Below are positions 56,582 to 64,000 of a DNA stretch of 64,000 nt, piece after piece; positions within the stretch are counted from its first letter, which is position 1, and each line of letters starts with the position of its first letter. The DNA is from a virus (Duplodnaviria; Caudoviricetes): IMG/VR virus record IMGVR_UViG_3300021962_000022. The stretch is one strand, 5' to 3'. The notes beneath the pieces are model-generated. The model worked only from the letters and a program-made list of their open reading frames with translations. It was not told the DNA's origin and searched no databases. Made by a program: the position numbers and the translations under genes.

Positions 56582-56612
56582 CAAAATACTTATAACTAGA
56601 ATAATATGTAAT

Positions 56613-57074
56613 ATGACAAAATTTAGAACATTGTACGGAACACCCATAACTGACGTTATTGGTTACATCAAAGATTATTTGGTGGATAAAACTGATGTTG
56701 AGATATTAATTGGTTCGGATTCACAATCATTTAGTAATTCAAAAACGGTTTATGGAGTGGTTATTGCACTTTACACAACAGGTAAGGGTGCACACGTATT
56801 ATGTACTAAAGACGTTACACCATTTGAAAAAGATACATCAAGTAGATTAATGACCGAAGTTTGGAAAGCTGTTGAAGTTGCTGAACATTTGAGAAATAAT
56901 GGTTTACCAAAAGCCACATGGATTGATATAGACTTAAATCCTGACCCAAGATATAAATCAAACAAAGTTTTAAGACAAGCGGTTGGTTTGGTTGAGGGTA
57001 TGGGATACAAGGTAAGATACAAACACGCAGGTGCTATGGTGACTTACAGTGCAAACCATTTGGTAAGAATTTAA
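56613..57074 (+). CDS. RNase H-like protein, YkuK/DUF458 family
   Basis: ILIGSDSQ, GKGA, RLMTEV..AVEVA, IDIDLN..KSN, C-terminal A.H. Confidence 0.75.
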   Translation: MTKFRTLYGTPITDVIGYIKDYLVDKTDVEILIGSDSQSFSNSKTVYGVVIALYTTGKGAHVLCTKDVTPFEKDTSSRLMTEVWKAVEVAEHLRNNGLPKATWIDIDLNPDPRYKSNKVLRQAVGLVEGMGYKVRYKHAGAMVTYSANHLVRI

Positions 57075-57102
57075 ATTTTTTTTATTTTTTTTTTTGAAAG
57101 GG

Positions 57103-57133
57103 CTTGTTTTTTAAAAAAAGTTTCTTACCTTTG
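57103..57133 (+). promoter_or_regulatory. Bacteroidota sigma70-type promoter of the 690-aa protein / RNA-array operon
   Basis: CTTG (57103-06), 19-nt spacer, TACCTTTG (57126-33). Confidence 0.8.
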
Positions 57134-57171
57134 TACCACTACAATAAATTACAACATTTAATACGACATAT

Positions 57172-59244
57172 ATGACAACAAGAAATTTAGTTGCATTTCA
57201 AAAGAATTTGGTGTGTTCACCAAACGACGGTCAAGATAACAGAATCGCCGTAGCAACCGTACAATCCCACCTAATGCAATGGGGTTACATGTTAGACGAA
57301 GACGCTTTCTTCGCATTATCCAAATCAGATTTATCGTTTATTCAAAACTTCAATGACGAAGTGTTGAATCATTTGAAAAATGTAATGGGGGGTAATCGTA
57401 ATTACCAACCTTTATATAAAAATTTCCCACAAGAAGTAATGGTTATGTCCGACTTCGAATTGTACATGAACGCAATCATGCACTATTGGAGTAACGGTCA
57501 ATGGGAACCATCCACCCATACTTATGAGAAAGAAATCAAGTTTGAAAAAATCAAATACAACTTGATTAAGTATGGTACTTCGGAAAGATTCTCAAAAATT
57601 TTCACTGATTTAGTGTCAATAAACACATCATTAACTCCTCAAGACCTTGAGATTGTTAAATGGTTTGTTGAGAGTGGTGAAACATTGGTCTTCCCTGACA
57701 CAATTCCCTTTAAAGAGAACTTGTGTACATTGGCGGCCATGGGAATCGCGGGATTACCAGTTAAGACTTCAACCGATGTGTTAAGAATCGCCGTTCATCT
57801 TTCAGGTGGTGATATCAGTTTACCAAAAGTTCCTGAAAAGGAAATTAGAGCAAACAGATGGACTACTCAAAGGATTACAAATCCCGAAAGAGAAAAGTTT
57901 AAATTCAAGAAATTCTCTCGTAAAGAAAGAAAATACATCTTGGGTTTACTTGAGAACACAAACTGCGACCCACGTGAAATGGTTTTAAGAGACCAACGTT
58001 GGGTTCGTTTAGGTGAAATATTACACCCCGGTGAATATAAAAACCAATTCCCTAAGTCTTTCGAGGCCTTCAACAAAATCCGAAACGAGAAAGTAAAATC
58101 TTGGTTCGCACTTGTTAATGAAGGTTTCAATAAAGGGTTAGAGAATGGTTTGAGAGTATTGTCTCAAAGACCCGGTGAATTCTCTCGTAGAATGGATTGG
58201 TTGGTTCGTACATATCCAAAAGATATCGAACTAATTATGAAGTTCTTCGGGGAAGTGGTAAAAGGTACATCAAACAAAGTATTGTTTGAGGTTTACACTC
58301 ACTTTGAAAATCGTACTGAACCTGTAGATAATAGGTCTATTATGATTAAAGGAGCGAGAAAACGTACCACGTTACCATCACTACCAGCAATCCCTAAAGA
58401 AATTGTGGAAACCATCCACTCTAAATTATTTGAAACACTTAGAGATAAGTTTTCGGTAATGGAATCTTTAGGTAACTGTTGGATTGATGAGGAATTGAAA
58501 AAAATTCCTTTACCAACCAACATGAGAAGTATGAACTTCTCAACTAAACCAACAATCAGAGGTCAAAGAGTTCCACTTGAAAACCCTGATGCAAAAGTTA
58601 TCAGACCGTTTGTTCATTGGATGGATAAACGTGGTAGCGAAGACTTGGATTTAAGTGTTACGTTTGTTGGTGAAAAAGTGTCAGAAGTATTATCTTTCAG
58701 TAACTTGAGAGTTGGTAAATCTTGTCACTCAGGGGACGTGAGACATAGACAGGGTCCTTGTGCCGAGTACATCGACATCGATATCCAAGATGCGTTAAAA
58801 CAAGGATTCAAATACGCCGTTATTGACGTGAGAAACTTCAATGGTGGTACTTTGAGTTCACTTGAAACATCTTTTGGTATCATGGAACGAGAACATCCTG
58901 AATCAAACAAAACATGGTTACCTGAAACAATTTCAAATTGTCAATCATTGGAATCGGCGTCGTCAAACACATTGATTTCTATTATTGACCTTGAAACTAA
59001 GGAGTACATCATGTTGGATGTTGATTCATCAGGTTTCGTTACCGCGAGAGGTGACTTCAAAAACACACTGAAAGTAATTCAACAATACGCGGAATTACCA
59101 AAAGTAAGTGTTTATGACCTTATTCTTCTACACGTAGAAGGTCGAGGAAAACAAGTTACTCTTGATGAAAATGTCGACGTACATTTTAAGTACGAGGACT
59201 TCTGTTACTCTTATGAAGAGACAGGTAAATTGATGGGTGTCTAA
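57172..59244 (+). CDS. 690-aa protein: helical N-terminal region (possible Ro60/TROVE-like) plus C-terminal TerD-like domain
   Basis: C-terminal DLDLSV..HSGDVR..CAEYIDIDI..YAVIDVRNF resembles TerD; the TROVE-like call for the N-terminus is inference from size, helicity and the adjacent RNAs. Confidence 0.65.
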   Translation: MTTRNLVAFQKNLVCSPNDGQDNRIAVATVQSHLMQWGYMLDEDAFFALSKSDLSFIQNFNDEVLNHLKNVMGGNRNYQPLYKNFPQEVMVMSDFELYMNAIMHYWSNGQWEPSTHTYEKEIKFEKIKYNLIKYGTSERFSKIFTDLVSINTSLTPQDLEIVKWFVESGETLVFPDTIPFKENLCTLAAMGIAGLPVKTSTDVLRIAVHLSGGDISLPKVPEKEIRANRWTTQRITNPEREKFKFKKFSRKERKYILGLLENTNCDPREMVLRDQRWVRLGEILHPGEYKNQFPKSFEAFNKIRNEKVKSWFALVNEGFNKGLENGLRVLSQRPGEFSRRMDWLVRTYPKDIELIMKFFGEVVKGTSNKVLFEVYTHFENRTEPVDNRSIMIKGARKRTTLPSLPAIPKEIVETIHSKLFETLRDKFSVMESLGNCWIDEELKKIPLPTNMRSMNFSTKPTIRGQRVPLENPDAKVIRPFVHWMDKRGSEDLDLSVTFVGEKVSEVLSFSNLRVGKSCHSGDVRHRQGPCAEYIDIDIQDALKQGFKYAVIDVRNFNGGTLSSLETSFGIMEREHPESNKTWLPETISNCQSLESASSNTLISIIDLETKEYIMLDVDSSGFVTARGDFKNTLKVIQQYAELPKVSVYDLILLHVEGRGKQVTLDENVDVHFKYEDFCYSYEETGKLMGV

Positions 59245-59272
59245 ACCCACCCATCAGTTCTTTGAAATACTA

Positions 59273-59672
59273 TATGTGGCTATGTGAGCCATTGAGAGGA
59301 TAGTCAACTGCCCATCACACCAAACCACGAGGTGGTTCTGTTTTGGGCCTTAGCGGTGACAAAAGTATCAATGCAAACGTCTTACTTCTAACATACAACT
59401 ATCAGATACATCGTTAGACACACAATCTCCACATAAACTTCTTTGACGGCTATGTACTAAGTTACTTCTAGCTAAACAATTGGATGTTATCACACTTGTA
59501 CCCTTTCCGTCTACCATCTTAAGTGGCTATCTACCAACTTACTTCTATATTATATCAGATAAAATAAAAATTAGTTGTAGTCTTTCCACTTTAAAAATCT
59601 TAATGGCTATGTGATTAGTTACTTCTAACTTTGACTGATTATCAAACCAACGATACTAACACAATTCCCATT
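59273..59672 (+). ncRNA. Tandem array of four bulged-stem RNAs (Y/Yrl-like candidates)
   Basis: Units 59273-435, 59445-511, 59522-590, 59602-672 share invariant GGCTAT and TTACTTCTA with compensatory stem changes; boxA-like GTTCTTTGAAAT at 59257-68. Confidence 0.8.
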
Positions 59673-59700
59673 TTTAAAAACAACATTTAAAACAACAATT

Positions 59701-60150
59701 ATGGCAACAAAAACAACAACCGACGAAAAAGTTAAACAACTGTTTGACCTCGTACAAGAAAAAAAATTAGCAATTGAAAAGGCGGAAAGACCTTGTTGGA
59801 AAACAAGTTGTAATTTCGGATTTTCAGCAAATTCTGCACACGACAGAACATCAATTCCATTAGTAACTGATGTTCGTAAACTTGTAGAAATGTACGCTTT
59901 CTTGATGGAAAGACGTGATAAATCTGAAAGTGCAGCAAAAGAGCTTGGAGTTGATTACAACTTCACTTGGTTAGGATTTACCGTAGAAGAATGGAAAGAT
60001 GATTTCCAAACTCGAGTAAATCAAATTTCAATTCAAGAAAAACGTAAAGAACTCGCCGAATTAGAATCTCGTTTGAATGCAATTATTTCACCCGAATTAA
60101 AAGCACAAATGGAATTAGAGGCAATTGAAAAATTATTGAGTTCTAAGTAA
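59701..60150 (+). CDS. Hypothetical protein, last gene of the RNA-array operon
   Basis: 149 aa, C-terminal coiled coil. Confidence 0.8.
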   Translation: MATKTTTDEKVKQLFDLVQEKKLAIEKAERPCWKTSCNFGFSANSAHDRTSIPLVTDVRKLVEMYAFLMERRDKSESAAKELGVDYNFTWLGFTVEEWKDDFQTRVNQISIQEKRKELAELESRLNAIISPELKAQMELEAIEKLLSSK

Positions 60151-60212
60151 AAACTTTTCTTGGTTTAGTAAAATCAAGTGGTGGAGTCGTACCGAAAAAC
60201 CGGTCGTCCTGT

Positions 60213-60241
60213 TAAGGGGTTGGGCAACTAACCCCTTTTTT
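60213..60241 (+). terminator. Rho-independent terminator
   Basis: GGGGTTG-GGCAAC-TAACCCC plus T run. Confidence 0.8.
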
Positions 60242-60272
60242 AAATAAAATAATTTATATATATTTACAATAT

Positions 60273-60992
60273 ATGAGAATAGTTTGTATATCCGATACCC
60301 ACTCTTTGCATCCGTATATGTCACATGACATACCGAATGGTGATATATTAATACATTCTGGTGATTGTACAAATATTGGTGAAGAAAATGATGTTCGTGA
60401 GTTTATTACTTGGTTCCAAAATATTCAGGGATTTAGTCATAAAATTTTTATTGCGGGAAATCATGATTTTGCATTTGAAAGAGAACCTTCATGGTTAAAT
60501 CTCTACATTGACCCAAATATTTTAACAGAACACAATGTAACATATTTGGAAGACGGTGAATTAGAGATTGTAAGTTCCGAATTTTCGAGACCGATAAAAA
60601 TATACGGTAGTCCATGGCAACCTGAATTTTATGATTGGGCATTTAACTTACCGAGAAATGGTGAGGTTTTAGCATCAAGATGGGCGGACATACCTGATAA
60701 TACAGATATCTTAATCACCCATGGACCTCCACACGGTATTAGAGACTTTACTCCCACAAATTTACAAGTGGGATGTGAGTTACTGAGAAGTAGGGTTTTT
60801 GAAATAAGACCGTTATTACATGTTTTTGGACATATACACGGTGCTTATGGTGGTGTTGAGGTAGACGGTATCACTTTCGCAAACGCATCAATTTGTACTG
60901 AAAGATATAAACCAACTAATAAACCATTAGTTTTTGATTTAACAGAAAATAATGGTAATTTTACAATTACATACGTAGACGAAGAAAATTAA
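60273..60992 (+). CDS. Calcineurin-like metallophosphoesterase
   Basis: ISDTH, HSGD, IAGNHD, THGPP, VFGHIH. Confidence 0.93.
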   Translation: MRIVCISDTHSLHPYMSHDIPNGDILIHSGDCTNIGEENDVREFITWFQNIQGFSHKIFIAGNHDFAFEREPSWLNLYIDPNILTEHNVTYLEDGELEIVSSEFSRPIKIYGSPWQPEFYDWAFNLPRNGEVLASRWADIPDNTDILITHGPPHGIRDFTPTNLQVGCELLRSRVFEIRPLLHVFGHIHGAYGGVEVDGITFANASICTERYKPTNKPLVFDLTENNGNFTITYVDEEN

Positions 60993-61019
60993 TTATCTTT
61001 GTTTCGTTCTTTGATTTAT

Positions 61020-61416
61020 GGGGGTGTATGGAATTGATTGGCATTGATATTCTAAATGGGCACGTAGTCGGACTTCATCTACGACTTAAATCTACGGTGG
61101 AAAAATTCAAACGGCAACGTTTACAACAACATGGAAGTAGCAGGTCTTCTTGCAACTTCTAAAGTTGCTGCCTAATCGGTAGTAACTAACGGGTCGATGG
61201 ACACATAACCTTGGAACAGAAGTCCTTACAGTGTAATACCACTTAGAGTGTTAGGAGAATGGCCTGATTGTCTCTTTAAATTATAGTCAGGAACAGGTTT
61301 GTTGTTTTTCTGTATATGAAATCAAATATTTGTTGGTTGTGAATAACCAAATAAACGTGTAGTCCATTTATGGTATGATGAGCAAGACGCGGGTTCGAAA
61401 CCCGCCACCTCCACCA
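61020..61416 (+). ncRNA. ssrA: tmRNA
   Basis: Acceptor GGGGGTG/CACCTCC with G3:U70 and ACCA end, T arm GCGGG-TTCGAAA-CCCGC, internal tag frame 61113-61175 (GNVYNNMEVAGLLATSKVAA*); TATCTTTG box at 60994-61001. Confidence 0.93.
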
Positions 61417-61422
61417 AATAAG

Positions 61423-61452
61423 AAGGGGACCCTTAAAAGGTCCCCTTTTTTA
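61423..61452. terminator. Bidirectional terminator between tmRNA and the DUF2589-like operon
   Basis: AAGGGGACC-CTTAAAA-GGTCCCCTT plus T run. Confidence 0.88.
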
Positions 61453-61938
61453 TTGTTTTGTTGGATTTATGTTTGGTTCAGACATATTTTGAATGTAACC
61501 ATCTATAATTCTACTGACCGCTTCAGGTTTGTCATCTGATTTAAATTTAACTTTAATCTTAGCCATTCCATAGTCGTCAATATTTTTACCCGAATCAACT
61601 TTTATTCCTCTGATATTGTGTTTATAATCTTTTTTCTTAAAAATCCCTAAAAGTGATTTTTTTAAATTAGATACGTCACATGAATCATCATCAAAAAGAA
61701 GTCTGGCGTCAAATTCAACATCCAATTCATTTAATCCAATTGAAGAGTGGTCCGCTAAAATATAATAAGGAACCACTATTTCTTTTTCCCCAACTTTAAA
61801 AGTTGTTGTTATTGGTGTACCATCCTCATTGAAATAATTTTTTAAATTATCAATGTGTTGTCTTTCACTAATACTTTGAGCAACCATAGCCGCTTCTAAA
61901 AGACCACCAATAAGTTCTTCAATATTTAATTTTGACAT
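61450..61938 (-). CDS. DUF2589-like protein
   Basis: LIGGLLEAAMVAQ..., VPYYILADHSSIGLNELDVEF, KIKVKFK...PEAVSRI. Confidence 0.65.
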   Translation of the reverse strand: MSKLNIEELIGGLLEAAMVAQSISERQHIDNLKNYFNEDGTPITTTFKVGEKEIVVPYYILADHSSIGLNELDVEFDARLLFDDDSCDVSNLKKSLLGIFKKKDYKHNIRGIKVDSGKNIDDYGMAKIKVKFKSDDKPEAVSRIIDGYIQNMSEPNINPTKQ

Positions 61939-61993
61939 TCTTAAAAATTATGTTAATTAAATATAACACAATTTTTTGACAAAATCAAATATC

Positions 61994-62590
61994 TTATTTA
62001 CTTGGGTCTGCGGTCAAAGGAATCAAAGATGGTTCTAACATCTGAGTAAGATAATCAGACAACTTTAACATACCTTCAGTTGGTGGTAATTGTTCAGCAT
62101 GAACTTTAACTTCATATTTAGCTGAGTTATCCGTACTTCTTGTATTTTCCTTATGTGTAGCGACTTTACCTGCAACAGTTGCTGAGAATTTCATACCCCA
62201 CCAACTAGCTGATGCTGTTGCTGAATATGATGATTCACTATCAGAACTCTCTTGAGATGTTTCTGAAGTTTTAACTTCCATTGTAAACCCAATATCAGCA
62301 GAAGTAATCGCTAAAGCTGGAAGTGGCACCAATGGTAACATTGGAACTTTATTGTATAATTTTTGAATTTCTTGTTGACCTGTTTCACCGTTTGTTACAA
62401 CTCTATTCATTTCAACGTCTAATGAACGAGCAGTAGTGTTACCGTCCTTATCTTTTTCAAATGCAACTTCAGAGATGTATCTCCAAGTAACTTCATTTAA
62501 TTTCGCTTGTCCTTTAGCCATACCGACAATTGGGGACACGATTAAGTCTTCAATAGGAAGACCTACAAATTGGTCTGCAATTCCTGCCAT
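61994..62590 (-). CDS. DUF2589-like protein
   Basis: FVGLPIEDLIVSPIV..AKGQ, VPMLPLVPLPALAI, SAKYEVKVHAEQLPPTEG. Confidence 0.75.
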   Translation of the reverse strand: MAGIADQFVGLPIEDLIVSPIVGMAKGQAKLNEVTWRYISEVAFEKDKDGNTTARSLDVEMNRVVTNGETGQQEIQKLYNKVPMLPLVPLPALAITSADIGFTMEVKTSETSQESSDSESSYSATASASWWGMKFSATVAGKVATHKENTRSTDNSAKYEVKVHAEQLPPTEGMLKLSDYLTQMLEPSLIPLTADPSK

Positions 62591-62651
62591 AATTTTGTTT
62601 TTTTAGTTAATTTATATAACAATAAATATCACGAGTAATGGTAAAGTCGTT

Positions 62652-62855
62652 TTACCCAAATTTGACCAAACCTTTATATTGTTTTTTGATTTTATCAATT
62701 TCATTCATCGCTTCGGTATATGTTTTTTTAATCTCTTCATTTACCGTAAAATCCAAAATTGTTTTACAATGTGGACAAGCAGAAACAGGATGTTTGATAA
62801 TAAACTCTAAAGTTAATCCGAGCGGATTTTTACACATTGGACAAGGAAGTGCCAT
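62652..62855 (-). CDS. Small zinc-ribbon protein
   Basis: CPMC..CPHC, 67 aa. Confidence 0.75.
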   Translation of the reverse strand: MALPCPMCKNPLGLTLEFIIKHPVSACPHCKTILDFTVNEEIKKTYTEAMNEIDKIKKQYKGLVKFG

Positions 62856-62900
62856 GATATAATATAAGAATTGAGATTTTGATTATCAAGGATAAATAAA

Positions 62901-63015
62901 TGGGAGGTATATAACGAACAAAGGAGTCGATTAAGACTCCCTTGCCGAGATGTGGATACCTCCTTTCGTTTTTTAGTCTAATTATCGTCTCATGGCGACC
63001 AAACCATTTGACTCT
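62901..63015. ncRNA. Structured element upstream of the Zn-ribbon/DUF2589 operon
   Basis: GGAGGTAT/ATACCTCC enclosing GGAGTC/GACTCC; shares TTGCCGA and a 17/19-nt block with 39567-39594. Confidence 0.5.
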
Positions 63016-63041
63016 AATTATAAATATCTTGTAATCTTAAA

Positions 63042-63992
63042 TTATACGTATTTTTTTGCTAAAGTTTTTAATAAACCTATACCAATTACGCCCGAAAGTG
63101 GATTAAACCCTGAACCCTGTCCTTGAGATTCAATTTGACTTAAATCTTCAGTGTTAGTGTTCTGTGCAATATATTGACTAACTTGTGGGTCATTCGCTAA
63201 CGCATCTCTGAATTTAGAGTTATTCATCATATCATCCAATTGGTCCATACTTAAATCGGGTAAACCAAACATTTTAGCAACCTCACTAGCCGCAACTATT
63301 GACCTGAACATATCTCGTCTTGATTGTCTGCCCGCTCTTGTGATATTCCACCATTTACTTAACCAATTACTTGGTTCCATGCCTTTTTTTGCAACATACT
63401 GTGCTAATTTTTCATCTCTGAAAAACGCTTTCATTCCTGTAGCAACAGGTCCTTTACCCATCATCATTTTAAGATACCCTGCGGGTTGTTGAGTTGCAAT
63501 TTCTTTACCAATTCTTTGTGTCATTTGAACTGGTCTTAATTTTGATGCTGTTGCTTTTAATGACCCGAGACCATCTGACATTTTTTGTGCCCAAGATTTG
63601 TTAATACTACCCACTGAATTAATTGTTTGTTTAACCCCTGCGTCGTCAAAATGTTTTGACATTTTTAAAAATTGTTCTTTAGCACTTGGATTCTGCATCA
63701 AATATTTTGCCAAATCATCACTACTTCTCATAGCGGTTTTTCCAGCAATACCAGCACCCTTTAACACTCTAATAAATGGTTTCGCAATAAAGTCACCCAC
63801 GGTTGGTATTAAAGCGATTAACATTAGTGCAGCATAGATATATTCTTTCTTATAGATGTATCTAATAATTAAGATTATATCGGCAATCTCACCAATAACA
63901 GGGACAAATCCTGCAACCATTAAAATATTCTCAAGAGTATCCTCTTTTAATACTTGTCTATTTTCTAATATTTGTTTTTTAGTAAGTTTCAT
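63042..63992 (-). CDS. Hypothetical protein with N-terminal pre-toxin TG-like segment
   Basis: VAGFVPVIGEIADI...YAALMLIALIPTVGD; 316 aa. Confidence 0.6.
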   Translation of the reverse strand: MKLTKKQILENRQVLKEDTLENILMVAGFVPVIGEIADIILIIRYIYKKEYIYAALMLIALIPTVGDFIAKPFIRVLKGAGIAGKTAMRSSDDLAKYLMQNPSAKEQFLKMSKHFDDAGVKQTINSVGSINKSWAQKMSDGLGSLKATASKLRPVQMTQRIGKEIATQQPAGYLKMMMGKGPVATGMKAFFRDEKLAQYVAKKGMEPSNWLSKWWNITRAGRQSRRDMFRSIVAASEVAKMFGLPDLSMDQLDDMMNNSKFRDALANDPQVSQYIAQNTNTEDLSQIESQGQGSGFNPLSGVIGIGLLKTLAKKYV

Positions 63993-64000
63993 TAATGAAT

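Noticed and set aside
59273-59672. CRISPR array interpretation of the repeated GGCTAT...TTACTTCTA units
   Set aside because: Repeats are not identical, the variable parts pair across each unit with compensatory changes, and no cas genes are in the window.
60159-60208. Two small hairpins before the terminator at 60213
   Set aside because: Short stems with no match to the four-unit array motif; probably 3' UTR structure.

Overview
AT-rich segment of a large T4-like (myovirus-type) phage genome, most likely infecting Bacteroidota. Host evidence: repeated (C/T)TTG-N19-20-TAnnTTTG promoters, no Shine-Dalgarno sites upstream of the major capsid or bS21 genes, a type IX secretion C-terminal domain, and a Bacteroidota-like bS21. 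From left to right the window holds: a family B DNA polymerase (truncated by the left edge); virion-type genes; a glycosyltransferase/dUTPase/PhoH block; a gp55-like sigma factor; a baseplate-like block; the head module (major capsid, scaffold, protease, portal, terminase) with an inverted ribosomal protein bS21 gene; a Clp ATPase; an RNA-repair trio (P-loop kinase, Rnl1-type ligase, cyclic-phosphate receiver-like protein); an 8-gene exported/envelope cassette; 26 tRNA genes covering all 20 amino acids, interleaved with many unannotated structured RNAs; a tmRNA; and two DUF2589-like genes. The strongest unexplained signals are three. (1) An operon in which a 690-aa protein with a TerD-like C-terminus is followed by four tandem, covarying bulged-stem RNAs resembling Y/Yrl RNAs. 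(2) Two leader-peptide terminator/antiterminator switches, plus rrn-type boxA sites, placed in front of the tRNA operons, suggesting tRNA supply is induced when translation fails. (3) A promoter-to-terminator small RNA at 39.55 kb complementary to the 5' leader of the operon at 62.9 kb. All protein family calls come from motif recognition by eye; no database searches or folding programs were run.
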